Source: Phallusia mammillata
Lineage: Eukaryota
Reading direction: 5' to 3'
Assembly: GCA_965637545.1 (NCBI GenBank)
Contig: OZ281500.1
Location: forward strand, 6,138,001 to 6,202,000
DNA: 64,000 nucleotides
The notes under the pieces are model-generated. The model saw only the letters and a list, made by a program, of their open reading frames with translations. It was not told the origin of the DNA and ran no database searches. Below are positions 13,048 to 26,695 of the stretch, one piece after another. The position numbers and the translations under genes were made by a program. Positions within the stretch are counted from its first letter, which is position 1, and each line of letters starts with the position of its first letter.

Positions 13048-15933
13048 AAAGGAAAATTTTGTTTTATGCGACAAATTTGTGAAATGTTTTGTTGCAATTG
13101 TCAAATTATGTTTGTTTTATATTGATTGCATTGAATGCAAGAATAATCTTCATCAGGACTTTTTTGTCAGCCTTAAAACCTAGCTGTCAAAAATGATTCG
13201 GCATAAAGTCTGGTTCATATTCGTTGCAATACGCACCATTAAGAAACAGAACTGTTACTTTTTGCCGTACGAAATAAACACAACAGTTTGAAACAAAATA
13301 ACTTGACGAAAAGTTAGAACGAAAAGTGATGGTTTGGAATTATAAAATCTTGTACGAATCTACTTTTGCAATATGTTTTGCTGTGAACTAATCAAATCTC
13401 TCCTGAAGCTGCTTGTGATGGCAGTGTCACTAAAAACATAGAAATGTCTGAACAATCAGTTGAATGTAACCATGAAGTGTTGTAGTTAAAATTTGATTGT
13501 TTTGTTTTTTGTCGAATAATTTTGAAACCGACACAATTACAAAAATAAAGACTGAGGACGAAACATTGCAAGTGATACGCATGCGTGAGTTTCACGAGCT
13601 CAACAAAGTCTTGAGCCTGTGTTTACTGCATGCAATGATGCATTGCAATTGCGTACTGTTTTCACGTCAAAAAGAAAAACGACTGCTAAACAGTAGGTTA
13701 ACAGTTTCGCAGACAAAGAACGTCTTGCTGCGCTTAAACTGTTGAGAGATCTGAGGTTTATCAATCCGTTTCTCGTTAATCAAACTTAACCTTTTTTGTT
13801 TGACAACAGTCACAATTTTTGTATGGTTACTAAATGTTTCGAAAGCCCGGAAATTTGCAGGTAGACTGAGTGGTAAACAGACAAATAATCCACCTTGGTA
13901 GACTTAGTGAAAATGCAAAAGGGTGTTGTAACGTTTAGGAAGATGTACGGCAAGGAACGCAGGTTTACAATACTGCAAACCAAGGTAACCTGGTTCTGCA
14001 AAAGGTTGTTAGCTTGTAAATCTGACCACAGTGCGAATAGAAGGACTTGGACAACTAGATAATTCTAGTTGTCTAATTCGTCAAATTAGATCAAAATTAC
14101 GGTAATTCTAATTCCAATCTAATTTAGAAATATCGATTAAGCTCTAATTCTTACTCTAATCTAATTCTCAGTTTTCCCCCAAACGCATTTGTCCAACAGC
14201 ATTTTAGACATGTGAAATGATTATACGTTTCATGTTACACATTGCGTCCGCAGTGTCAATCGAGGGCAGTTTAAAATACTCGCGTGTTCAACCGTTTTTG
14301 AATGTACAGTGATGTAATTTTTGAACTTTTTGTTAAGTTGGCTTAGGTAGATACATTTCGTTTAGTTTGCTGAAAACAAAGACTCACCATGGAAATGTCG
14401 AATACCAGCATTTCGCAAGAGAAAAAGTTTAAAATGAAAAAGAGGATAAGTCTTTTTGGTGGGATAGCGCTTTCAACTGGCATTATAGTCGGCACTGGCA
14501 TCTTTGTCTCACCGGTGGGAGTTCTACGCAATGTCCACGGAAGCGTTGGCCTCAGTCTAATTATATGGGTCGTTTGCGGCATAATCTCCATTCTATCAGC
14601 ACTGTTATTGTGAGCTCGGAGCCACCTTTGGGGCATCAGGCCACCCTTCTTATTTTCGCTCGATACTTTACCAGTCCGATGTTTAGTGAAGGTTGCCATC
14701 CGCCAGAGAGCCTCATAAAGATCGTAGCCATCATGTTGCTCTTTGTGCTTATATTTCTCAATTACCGTAGCGTCAAAACGTCAGTTATGACTGAAATCGC
14801 ATTCACCACTTTCAAATACCTAGCGATGCTGGTTATATCGGTAGCAGGTATCGTTGTTTTGATAAAAGGGAGTCGAGTAGCTGAGGAAAATTTTACAACT
14901 CATGCATTTCCACCTTAACAAATATCTGAGATTTCAGTATCCGAAATGGCGATGGCGATTTACCTAGGCCTTTTCCCTTACAACGGATGGATGGTTTTGA
15001 CCAATGTGACAGAAGAGATAAAAGATATGAAAAGAAACCTCCCGAGAGCGATATTGATTTCACTCATGACTATCACGACCATGTATATTTTCGTGAACAT
15101 CGGATATTTTTCAGGTAATAGATTTGGGTTTCTTGATTTTTGAACGAAAAAACATAGCGTTTTTCCAATGAGCACTATCTGCCTATTATTTGTAAAATGA
15201 AATCAATACATTCTTGTTGCAGTACTGACTGTTCCTGAAATGTTAAGCAGCAAGGCGGTAGGAGTGGCATTTGCCAACAGGTTTTTTGGAAGCTTTGCTT
15301 GGATTATTCCAGTTATTGTTTGTGTGTCAACGGTTGGAAATCAAAATGGATCGCTGCTGGCCAATGCCAGAGTGCCCTACGTTTCAGCAAGATCTGGTCT
15401 CATGCCAAAAGTAAGAGACAACTCGCTTACTGTTTAAGTCCTGGAAATAGATGCCACAAGCGTTTTTCGAATTTGTAAGATTATTTTACGTCCACGATGT
15501 GCAGATCTTGGAGATGCCGCACGTGGAATACTTTACACCTGCACCTGCCTTACTTGCAATGTATTTTACAACAATGGCTTACATCATCGTGGGGGACTTT
15601 GACATGCTGATATATGTGTTTGAGTTCACCTCCTGGACCGTGTACGGTTTGAGTGCTGGCAGCGTGATTATACTGCGTTGGAAAATGCCGGACATTCCAC
15701 GTCCGTTCAAGGTATTTAGGCTCATTTTTATTTTAGGCAAAAGAAGATGCATGTAAAAGTATGCGCATATAAAACGGCTTACAAAAAGAATGATAGAAAT
15801 CATTATTATCGATATACAGAAGTTTCAAAACAAAAAATGACAATTGTGTGGATTTACTGTTTGTAGGTTCCTATTGTGGTTCCCGTTTTGGTTTGCATCA
15901 TATCAATTGCCCTTGTCGTCACACCTCTTATAG

Positions 15934-16877
15934 CAGGGGCGGGCAACTTCTCCAGTCGGCGGGCCTGATATGGGAAAATGAAGTACTTCGCGGGCCGGAT
16001 TCCTGAATCGATACATTAATCGCGTATTTATCCAGTGATTTGAAACGGATTTTTGACCACATAAACCAGGGGTGGGGAACCTTTTTGTTTATAAAGGCTA
16101 CCAAACGATTTATCGACACTCGTGTAGGCCGCATAGACTATTTTCCAGGCCAAGGGCAGTGATGTTCAAACTTTTTGACTTACAGAATGGTCGTTTTGCT
16201 ATTTCCTCGTAGTTTGTAGGACTTACGGTCTCAGCTAATTAAAATTCCTCACTACATTTTCATCTTCACTACAACATTCAGGATTTATTTAAACTAGAAA
16301 TTGCTGAACCTGGAGTTTTTGGTAGTCCTAACTATGGAAATCGCTTTATGTACCACTATGGGACCACATGGGTCTTGTTTGAAAACCGCTGCCCTGGAAC
16401 TAATCAAAAAATAATCTGCAATAAAGTCAAAAATACGTTTCTGTCTATTTTTTTTTTCAGCGCCTGGTGCAGTCGGTTATATCAACATCTTAAAAATGTA
16501 TTTTGCCATCGAAAGCCGCACTTAGTGCCCTAAAAGGCCGCATCTGGCCTTTAGGCCGCAGGTTCCCCACCCCTGAACTAGGCTATACGTGTGGAAACAA
16601 AGAAAACCGTTAAAGTAGGACACACACAAGGTTGGTAGTTATGTCGTAACAATGGACGTATGGTGCAATGGCAACAACGGCGGGAAATTTTTTTGCTATT
16701 GGGGAGCGTTACTGTGCGTTACAACTGTAATTTGACGTAGTAAGCAAGTAATGGGGGATTGCGGCAGACTGTGGCCGCGGGCCACATTCTCATGTAAGAC
16801 CGGAAACTGTCCCCGGGCCGCTCAAAATCCCGTCGCGGGCCGGATCCGGCCCGCGGGCCGTATGTTGCCCACCCCTG
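15934..16877. mobile_element. hAT (Buster/Charlie-like) non-autonomous composite element inserted in C1 exon 4
   Basis: TIR CAGGGGCGGGCAAC / GTTGCCCACCCCTG; perfect 8-bp TSD TCTTATAG at 15926-15933 and 16878-16885; paralog exon 4 is uninterrupted. Confidence 0.95.
16067..16575. mobile_element. Nested hAT MITE, itself containing a third TIR pair at 16157-16391
   Basis: Perfect 16-bp TIR CAGGGGTGGGGAACCT / AGGTTCCCCACCCCTG. Innermost ends CAGTGATGTTCAAAC / GTTTGAAAACCGCTG. The 8-bp flanks are not identical. Confidence 0.8.
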
Positions 16878-18514
16878 TCTTATAGGAAAGCCAAGTTTCA
16901 TCCTTTTCTGGGCGATTGGCTTCTACATTATTTCAGCGATTGGCTATTATTTCTACATTGTAAAGAAGTGCAACATTCCGGGATCAGAGAGGTTTACCGT
17001 TTTCCTGCAGAAACTTCTGAATGTTGCACAGACTGACTGGGAGGGATTTGATTACCAACGAGAGGCTAAAAACACTGAACTATAAATCGCTACTGTTTTA
17101 ATATCATTCATGATTTGACCATCTTATTTTGAACGTTGCTTTTGGAAAGTTTTCTGGACTTTTCTGTTGTATGTTTTGCATGCTGCGGGAATATATTATG
17201 ATCACTATCGAATGATGCAAAGTTCTATTCTAGCATATTTTAATACGCTTCTGTAATTTTACAGCTATTTTCTCTAAGTGATATTGATCGTAAATATTTC
17301 TTTTGTCCACATAAGTTGAAATTTTCTTGTCTCCATTATAACACTCAGCGAAGCTGAAAAGACTATAATTAGGGCGGCAACCTTTCATAATTAGTTTCGT
17401 CGCCACTGTTCGTACAAAATCTTGTACAAAAAGCACATGCATCCCATAGCTGATGAACAACTATCAATATTGGTGATCCACTTAAGTTGTTTCTGTTCCG
17501 CCTAATATCTGTTAAAACATATCTTTCTATTTCTTACTGTCTGATGGTTATAATATAGGCAAATTAGTCCATCTTGGTTTGGCCCAGTTCGAAAACACTC
17601 GGGTATATAACTTTTGCAGAAAGGTGTAACTGCTTCTAAAAAGGAATTGTATTCTTGAAGCAGTGAAAACCAACGTAAACTGATACTGCAGCACAAACTG
17701 CTGTGATAACACGGTGCATATATTTACATATGTCGCAACATTTGTATTATGTTGGCCACCGCTACTAAGCAAGTCTTCATTGCCGGTTTGCTAAAATTCG
17801 TAAACGAATGACTTTTGTAAATCTGAGTACAGTGTAAATATAAGTTTCATTTGCTGTGCTACTCAAATGTGATTTACAAGCCGCACACAAAAATATAAAC
17901 GTAAGTTTTGTGGCTGTGAAACATCAAATACCAACAATAGCCTACACAGTGGAAACTTGTAATTACTGGAAACTCACGACTTGAATATCCATTTCTAAAT
18001 TTCATTATTGCGACCAGAGTTGTAAGTCGGATCGGGCTCTTCGAATCATGTTTGTGGCGTGTTTGGGAGTTTCAAAAAACCTGGCTTCATTCGGGACTGA
18101 AGTTACACTCGGCATCATTTCTGTCGCAATTTTACCAACTTTTGTGTCTAATTCAGGCTTCGTTGTTTACACACACGCCAGATAATGTTTTACAGATTTT
18201 TTTGCCTGCACTGTTTCAACAGGAAACATACTGCTTGCAGCTACTGGGCATAAAGGATAATGCGTTTCCGCAGCGAGATATCGACGTATGTTTTTGCTGC
18301 ATGAGTTGGCTCTTTATAAGTCAGTTTTATAGCAGTGCCAGGTTCTCGATCAACAAATCGAAATGCACTACAAACTGCTACAATAGTATTCTGCTTCATA
18401 CGTGTTTATAACGTTTTGCATGAGAATACTGAGATAGGTATGTTTAAAAATTAGTTTTTTCGGAGTTCCATTCCAGTTGCAGTTTATTTGAAAGTTTGAT
18501 GTGATGGCGTAGAG

Positions 18515-19008
18515 CAGTGGTTCTCAACCTTTTTTCTTTCGTGGCCCATTTTCATTAAACAAAAATTCTGTGGCCCAGTAAATTTATATGAAAGAAAAAC
18601 ACAACTATAAAATAGGTTCAGAACAAAAAAAATGCAGATCACATTTTGAACAGATGTTAAGTTTAAAATAACTTAAAGAAAAAAAATCATAAAACAGCAC
18701 TTTCCCTTCTTTGAATCAAGCACTTTTAGTTAGGACCAGAGTAATTGGACAATGGATATGCTGCTACTATCTGGCTTTATTGTAATCACAAAGTAGTTTA
18801 TTACATCATAAACATAAGGTGTTGCCAAAACGCAAAGTAACTTTATACCGTAAATAGATTAATTCAAATAAATTCACATTCCTTCTCAATTCCTCCCCAA
18901 ACCATTATTCTTGTAAAATTGAGTGTACTGACACAAATCAAAGTATTTTTTTGATTGGTCTGTGGCCCAATGAAAATGCTTCCATGGCCCACTGGTTGAG
19001 AACCGCTG
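18515..19008. mobile_element. hAT Charlie/Buster-like MITE (494 bp)
   Basis: TIR CAGTGGTTCTCAACC / GGTTGAGAACCGCTG; perfect TSD GCGTAGAG (18507-18514, 19009-19016). Confidence 0.95.
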
Positions 19009-19045
19009 GCGTAGAGCCATAGACTGTAGACTCTACAGTGTAGAG

Positions 19046-19262
19046 CAGTGGTTCTCAAACTCGGTTTTCGGGGCCGCATGCGGCTCCCAACAACTTATTT
19101 TGCGGCTCGCACCAGACCTCAGAAAACCACCATACATTGCTATTTTATGTTTCAAAGTAATAATCTTTAGGGATTTTCTCAAAGTTTCGTTTTTTTGCGG
19201 CTCCCTACACACTTAAAAAAGTACCATTTGGCCCCGACAATAAAAAAGTTTGAGAACCACTG
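19046..19262. mobile_element. hAT Charlie/Buster-like MITE (217 bp)
   Basis: TIR CAGTGGTTCTCAAAC / GTTTGAGAACCACTG; perfect TSD GTGTAGAG (19038-19045, 19263-19270). Confidence 0.95.
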
Positions 19263-19461
19263 GTGTAGAGTGTAGTTACTCTGCAATGATTCTAAATTGA
19301 GTGACAAACTTCACACACTCCCCATCGTGTTTTTCTTTCAAATTAGATATTTGCAACGCATTTGCAGCTTTAAGTAATGTTATTTGCCTCTCCAGGTTAG
19401 TTTTGTATCATTCTTTATTGAGTAAAGTTTCAAATACAAAATCGCATTTAGGAAAACAGCT

Positions 19462-21832
19462 ATGTCTACAACTGATGGTGAACAAACAGGCAAGGAGCAA
19501 AAATTCGAACTTCAGAAGAAAATCGGGCTTTGGGGTGCGGTTGCCTTGGCAACGAGTTCAATGGTTGGTTCAGGAATATTTGTGTCGCCCGTCGGAGTTT
19601 TAAACTCCGTCCACGGCAGTGTCGGCGTCAGTCTCCTTATTTGGTTCGGATGTGGCGTCATCGCTATGATGTCATCACTCTGCTATTGTGAACTCGGAAC
19701 GACGTTCGGTGTATCGGGTGGGGACTACAATAACTTCAAACTCGCCTACGGACCTCTCATGGCATTTTTACTAGTCTGTACCAGAAGTTTTTGGCATCCA
19801 GGCCATGCTATCACTTTGCAAATTTTCGCTCGCTATTTGCTTGGGCCATTGTTTGGTGACGGTTGCAATCCACCGGAGGTCGCCATTAAGTTCATAGCTT
19901 TCCTTACTCTTTCATTCCTTATCCACCTCAACCACCGAAGCGTTACAACCAGCGTCCATTTTGAGATATTTTTCACTGCTGCGAAATTTCTTGCTTTAAT
20001 GATAATAGCTGTGGTAGGGATCGTTCATTTGGCGAACGGGAGACATTCTGGGGTTTACAACTTCCAACATGCGTTTGACTCACCGCAGACGTCAAAGTTG
20101 ACCCTTGCGGACATCGCTCGGGGTTTCCATTTCGGAATTTTCCCCTATAACGGGTGGTATGCTCTAAACAACGTGATTGAAGAAATTCAGGACATGAAGA
20201 AGAATTTGCCCCGCGCTGCTATTTTATCATTAATCTCTGTCACAATCATTTATTTGCTAGTCAACGTCGGATATCTTTCAGGTACAAATCAGTTTGCAAA
20301 ATATTTTATTATCACGTATTGTCAACAACGTTTGTTATTATGCTCAAAGTTTATCCTTTTCTGATGTATGGTTGGTTTGGAGCATTTTTTTTCATTTTAA
20401 GCGTGATCTGTATTCGAAACTCTTTCTATTTTGAGAAGAGCAAAAATCGTTTTTTCTTTCTGCAGTGCTTAGTGTTCCAGAGAGGTGGCTAGCAAAGCGG
20501 TAGCTGTGGGTTTTGCCCAACATGTGCTCGGTGCAGTGGCCTGGTTTATACCCACCGCTGTTTGTATTTCCTCTGTCGGAACTCAGAACGCATGTTACCT
20601 CTCGGAAGCGAGAGTCGCGTTTGTGGCTGCAAGATCAGGATTCATGCCAATGGTAATAAAATGATAAAAAATAGAAATCTGTTGGTGGGTCAAAGAACAT
20701 TTAAATCTCCTTGGATGAACTGAGTATTACATTTTTTCACATAAGAAGGTGTATGACATAAGAAACATAAAAAGTCTGAAAGACCGGTTTTGCTGCAAGA
20801 CAAAGCGGTTGCACTTGTAGTGTAGTATTAATTGGTCGTTTGGCAACTTTGCAAATGCATCAAAAGACCTTCCCAAAACACCCTAGGCTGAAAACCATTG
20901 GGTCAAACCTAATCTTTTTTCAATTTGTTTCCCAATAATCTTCCAAATTTTAAAACGTTTATGGTAACAGCTATATTCGACCATCCACGTTCAATGGATT
21001 TCACCCACAGCGGCTCTCTGTTCTATCGGCCTCATGACATCCTTCTTTCTGTTATTGGGAAACTTCGATGTTTTAATGGAGGCGTTTGGCTTCGTGTTGT
21101 GGACCTTCTGCTTTCTCAGTGCTGCAAGGTTGTTGATACTCAGATGGAAGATGCCAAATGTCCACAGACCATATAAGGTCAGGATTTGTATTGTGTTAAA
21201 TTACAAATGGCCTGTGAAACTGTACTAATTTTTACTCGTCATTTAAATGCGGTTAACCGTCTTACGTTATGGTAGTGGTCGTTAACATTTTTAATTGTTG
21301 GGATCCCTTTGAATTATTTAACTATTCCTCGCATCTCTTTTTGAATTTTTTCTAACTGTAAGTTTTATTACCTTACCCCCAGTGGTTCAGTGTGCGCTCC
21401 CACACTCTAGAAACAGAATTTCTCCTGGTGTGGAACCCCTGTGCTAAGTTCATTTGGGTGTCTTTGTAATAGTATTTTTTCAGTGGAGTAAAACTTTTAT
21501 TTTACTTGTATTGTTATTAGCAGCAAACAGAATCGCTTTGCTGTCGTCTTTACCAACATTTAATTGCTTCTGTATGTTTAGGTGCCATTGCTCATTCCAA
21601 TCATCGTGTGTATCATGTCTGCTTACTTCGTGGTGGCTCCTCTTATCGATACCCAAGTTTCGTTTACTTTTACGCCATCGGATTTTACTTGTTGATCTCC
21701 ATCATTTATTACACATTCCTTGTTAGAAAGTGCAGGATTCCGGGTATGGAGGGATTCAACACATTTGTGCAGAAGTTTGTGCTCGTTGCTGAAACAGAAT
21801 GGGAAGGATTCGAATGCGAGAGGAATCAGTAA
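19462..21832 (+). pseudogene. SLC7 light chain, copy B2, probable pseudogene
   Basis: Exons 19462-20281 (820 nt, open), 20466-20652 (187 nt vs 188; AGGTGGCT replaces ATGTTGTCA, frameshift with early TAG), 20971-21177, 21582-21832 (251 nt vs 252; GATACCC vs GATAACCC). Confidence 0.8.
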
Positions 21833-22787
21833 AATAAACAATTACTTTTGAATGCAAAGACGTCCCATTTTTCCTTTTGTCGACATTTTTGGTTTAATTC
21901 CAAAGAATTGCAAGTGATTAGTACACGCGTGATTTCACTAGCATGACGAAGTCTTTAATTTGTTTTGCCAAAATGCAATGATGCACTGCAATGGCAAATC
22001 GTTTCATGCCAAAATGAAAACGATTGTTCAGCAGTTGGTCACCAGTTGTTCGGCTTTAGGTGCCACTAACAGTCTTAGGTATAATCTTCAATGGCATCAA
22101 GACGCTTCGGTATACAGAGAGCTGCAGTTAAACCCCAAGTAAGCTGTGGGTTGTTTGCTAAGACCGCCAATCGTTGTTTGCCTACACTGCTCTCGGAGAA
22201 AACATCCTGCATAAAGCTGAATATAAACGATAATGCGTTTCTGCATAACAGCGTTATTGGGCGCAAGATTTTGCTGCATCAGTTGGCCAGAATACCAGTT
22301 CATAGCAGTCTCAGATTTTGGGATATTAACCAAGATGTGCTCTTGCATAGATTGTTGCAATACTTTTCTGTTTTATAAGCCGACTGTTTTATGAATACGT
22401 AAAGTACACGAATTTGTAGCGTATTTGCATGCGAGGGCTGAACGAGAAATTTGTAAAAAGGTTCTTTGGAGTTATATTGTACAGTTTTTTTGACAATTTG
22501 TTTAATGTGATGGTGTAATGTAGAGTGTAGAATGTAGTTATTCTGGTAACGTTAACGTTTGCAAAACTTCATCAACAGTACTAAAAAAAGCTATAGTGGC
22601 TGGGCGTGTACTATTGATGTGGTTTGCGTTACCACATTCAAACCAATTGTCAGCAAAACACTTAACAACTAGTTTTTTTTTCATTTAAATTTAGATACTA
22701 ACAACGCAGATTCATACAAGTAAGGTATTTGCATTTTATCATAGTAATTGGACTTTCAAATCCACATTCGTATGAAATAAAATAACA

Positions 22788-25070
22788 ATGTCTACGATTG
22801 ATGGTGAACAAACGGGCGAGGTGCAGAAGTTCGAACTCAAGAAAAAAATCGGACTCTGGGGAGCGGTTGCTTTGACAACAGGTGGAATGGTTGGTTCAGG
22901 AATATTTGTGTCGCCCGTCGGAGTTCTAAACGCTGTCCACGGCAGCGTCGGCGTCAGTCTCCTTGTTTGGTTCGGATGTGGCGTCATCGCTATGATGTCA
23001 TCACTTTGCTATTGTGAACTCGGAACGACGTTCGGTGTATCGGGTGGGGACTACAATAACTTCAAGCTTGCCTACGGCCCCCTCATGGCATTTTTACTGG
23101 TCTGTAGCAGAAGCCTTTGGCATCCGGGTAATGCTGCCACTTTGCAAATTTTTGCTCGCTACTTGCTTGGGCCATTATTTGGCGACGGTTGCAATCCACC
23201 GGAGGTCGTCATTAAAGTTATCGCTTTTCTTACTCTTTCATTCCTTATCTACCTGAACCACCGAAGCGTTACAACCAGCGTCTATTTTGAGATATTTTTC
23301 ACTGCTGTGAAATTTCTTGCTTTGATGATGATAGCTGTGGTTGGGATCGTTCATTTGGCGAACGGGAGACCCGCTGGGGTTTATAACTTCCAACATGCGT
23401 TTGACTCACAGCAAACGTCAAAGTTGACCCTTGCGGATATCGCTCGCGCATTCCAAGTCGGGGTTTTTCCCTACAGTGGGTGGTCAATGTTAAACAACGT
23501 GACCGAGGAAATTGAGGACATGAAGAAGAATTTGCCCCGCGCTGCTATTTTAACAATAATCTCTGTCACAATCATTTATTTATTTGTCAACGTCGGATAT
23601 CTTTCAGGTACAAATTAGTTTTTTTCAAAAAGATTTCCATTATGGAATGTTATTTATCTTGCATTTGTCCGTACGTTTTGCAGTGCTTACTGTTCCAGAG
23701 ATGTTGTCAAGCAAGGCGGTAGCTGTGGATTTTGCCCAACAAGTTCTCGGTGCAATGGCCTGGTTTATTCCCACCGCTGTGTGTATTTCCTCTGTTGGAA
23801 CCCAGAACGCGGGCTACCTCTCTGAAGCGAGAATCGCGTTTGTGGCTGCAAGATCAGGATTCATGCCCATGGTAATGCAGAAAAAACAACCGTGGGGATG
23901 TCATGGAAAAATCTTTCAACCCAAGTTTTTAACGCAATAGAAAACTGCGTGAAAAGTTATTTTTTTGTAAATTTGAAAAACGTCTCAACACGACAAATAC
24001 AAGTTTTTATTTTTACTTCCAGTGACATATAATCAAAAAAGCGGTTCTCAATCGTTTGAAGCAATGGACCGCTACTAAATGTATTAAATGTGTGGACCGC
24101 CACACAAATTGTTTTTTTAAGATCCTAAAAACTATGTTGTTGACAGATTAACGTTTGTAGTGTAGTATTTAATAGCTCTTCAGATGAATTGCAAATGCAT
24201 AGACCATGAAATAACCCTTGACTGAGAACCAACCGCTTATATTTTTTTAATTTTTGCCCAATAATCTTCTAAATCTTGAAATGCTTATGGTAACAGCTAT
24301 ATTCGACCATCCATGTTCAATGGATTTCACCCACAGTGGCTCTCTGTTCTATCGGCCTCATGACATCCTTCTTTCTATTATTGGGAGACTTCGATGTTTT
24401 AATGGAGGCGTTTGGCTTTGTGATGTGGACCTTCTGCTTTCTCAGTGCCGCTAGTTTATTGATACTCAGATGGAAGATGCCGAATGTCCACAGACCATAT
24501 AAGGTCAGGATTTAAAACTTTGGATGGCCCATGAAATTTACTAGTTCTTCTTTGTTTTGGTTCAAATCTTGGTTATCATCTATGTAAGAACCCATGCGCT
24601 AAGTGCATTTCCGTGTATTTGTTAAAGTCTTTTACAGTAGCTAAGTGCATTTGCGTGTATTTATTAAAGTCTTTTTACAGTAGTGTAAAACTTGTAACAA
24701 ATCAGTAAGAAAAAAGCAACTTTTCACGTGATTTAAATTGTTTTTGTCCTCAACTGGCATGACGACTACTGTTATAGCTTTTACCAACGTTCATTTGGTA
24801 CAACTTGCTTCCAATGTTTAGGTGCCATTGCCCATTCCAGTCATCGTGTGTATCATATCTGCTTACTTCGTGGTTGCTCCTCTTATCGATAACCCAAGTT
24901 TCGTTTACTTTTACGCCATCGGATTTTACTTGTTGATCTCCATCATTTATTACATATTCCTCGTTAGAAAGGTCACAGTTCCGGGTATAAAGGGATTCAA
25001 CACATTTGTGCAAAAATTTCTGCTCGTTGCTGAAACGGAATGGGAAGGATTCGAATACGAGAGGAATTAG
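22788..25070 (+). CDS. SLC7 light chain, copy B3, intact, 487 aa
   Basis: Exons 22788-23607, 23684-23871, 24297-24503, 24822-25070; in frame; close paralog of B1. Confidence 0.95.
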
Positions 25071-25462
25071 AAGAAAGGAATTATTTTTGGTTAATCCGAC
25101 GAATTTTTCTGTCAATTTTCATTTTTGCAATTTACAAATTATGTTCGTCGTATTGATTGCGTTGAATGCAAGAATAATCTCAGGACTTCTTTATCAGCCT
25201 AAAGACATAGCTGTCAAAAAATTATTCGGTATAAAGTTCATATTTGTTGCAATACGCACCATGAAGGACTGAACTGTTACTTTTTGTAGTATGAAATAAG
25301 CGCAATAGCTTGAAACAGTACAACTTGACGAGAAATTACAACGAAAAGTGATGATTTGACATTATAAATCTAGCGTAAGCGTCTAAGTCGAAAAAATACA
25401 TGTGTACAAATCTATTTTTGCAACATGTCTGGCTGTAAATTAATCAAATCTCCGCTGAAGAA

Positions 25463-25507
25463 GCTGAAACAGAATGGGAAGGATTCGGATACGAGTGGAA
25501 TCACTAG
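25463..25507 (+). pseudogene. Orphan last 15 codons of a deleted B-type SLC7 copy
   Basis: Encodes AETEWEGFGYEWNH*, two substitutions from B1 13003-13047, and is followed by B1-like 3' flank. Confidence 0.85.
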
Positions 25508-26695
25508 AAAGGAAAATTTTTGTTTTATGCGACAAATTTGTGAAATGTTTTGTTGCAATTGTCAAATTATGTTTGTTTTATATTGATTGCATTGAATGCA
25601 AGAATAATCTTCATCAGGACTTTTTTGTCAGCCTTAAAACCTAGCTGTCAAAAAATGATTCAGCATAAAGTCTGGTTCATATTCGTTGCAATACGCACCA
25701 ATAAGAGACAGAACTGTTACTTTTTGCCGTACGAAATAAACACAACAGTTTGAAACAAAATAACTTGACGAAAAGTTAGAACGAAAAGTGATGGTTTGAC
25801 ATTATAAAATCTTGTACGAATCTACTTTTGCAATATGTTTTGCTGTGAACTAATCAAATCTCTCCTGAAGCTGCTTGTGATGGCAGTGTCACTAAAAACA
25901 TAGAAATGTCTGAACAATCAGTTGAATGTAACCATGAAGTGTTGTAGTTAAAATTTGATTGTTTTGTTTTTTGTCCAGTAATGTTGAAACCGACACAATT
26001 ACAAAGATAAAGACTGAGGACGAAACATTGCAAGTGATACGCATACGTGGGTTTCACGAGCTCAACAAAGTCTTAAGCCTGTGTTGACTGCATGCAATGA
26101 TGTATTACAATTGCGAATTGTTTTCACGTCAAAAAGAAAAACGACTGCTTAACAGTAGGTTAACAGTTTCGCAGACAAAGAACGTCTAGCTGCACTTGAA
26201 CTCCTAAGAGATCTGAAGTTTATCAATTCGTTTTTCGCTAATCTAACTTAACCTATTTTGTTTGACATCATTCGCAATTTTTTGTGTGGTAACTTTTAAA
26301 ACGTTTCGAAAGCCCGAAAATTTGTAGGTAGACTGAGTGGTAAACAGACAAATAATTCACTTTGGTAGACTTAGTGAAAATGCACGAGAGTGTTGTAACG
26401 TGTGTAGGAAGTTGTACGAATTACGGCAAGGAATGTAGGTTTACAACACTGCAAACCAAGGGAACGGTGCCCTATGCATTTTCACTATTTAGGAAGCTTG
26501 TAAATCTGACCACAGTGCAAATGTAAATTGCGACCGCGGAGTGAAGCGCGGTTTACAAGCCGCAGATCTGAAGTGACCCGGAAAATACTCGCGTGTTCAA
26601 CCGTTTTCGAATGCACAGTGAAATACTTTTTGAACTTTTTGCTTAATATGTCTTAGGTAGATACGTTTTGTTTAGTGCTGAAACAACGACTCAAC

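Larger units (their letters stand above)
14389..17085 (+). pseudogene. SLC7 light chain pseudogene, copy C1
   Basis: Exon 1 (14389-15114) is 94 nt shorter than paralogs: a 2-nt deletion near 14602 plus a 92-nt deletion near 14640 with GGC microhomology. CAA>TAA stop at 14916-14918. Exons 15223-15410 and 15505-15711 follow; exon 4 (15867-17085) is split by a 944-bp hAT insertion. Confidence 0.95.
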
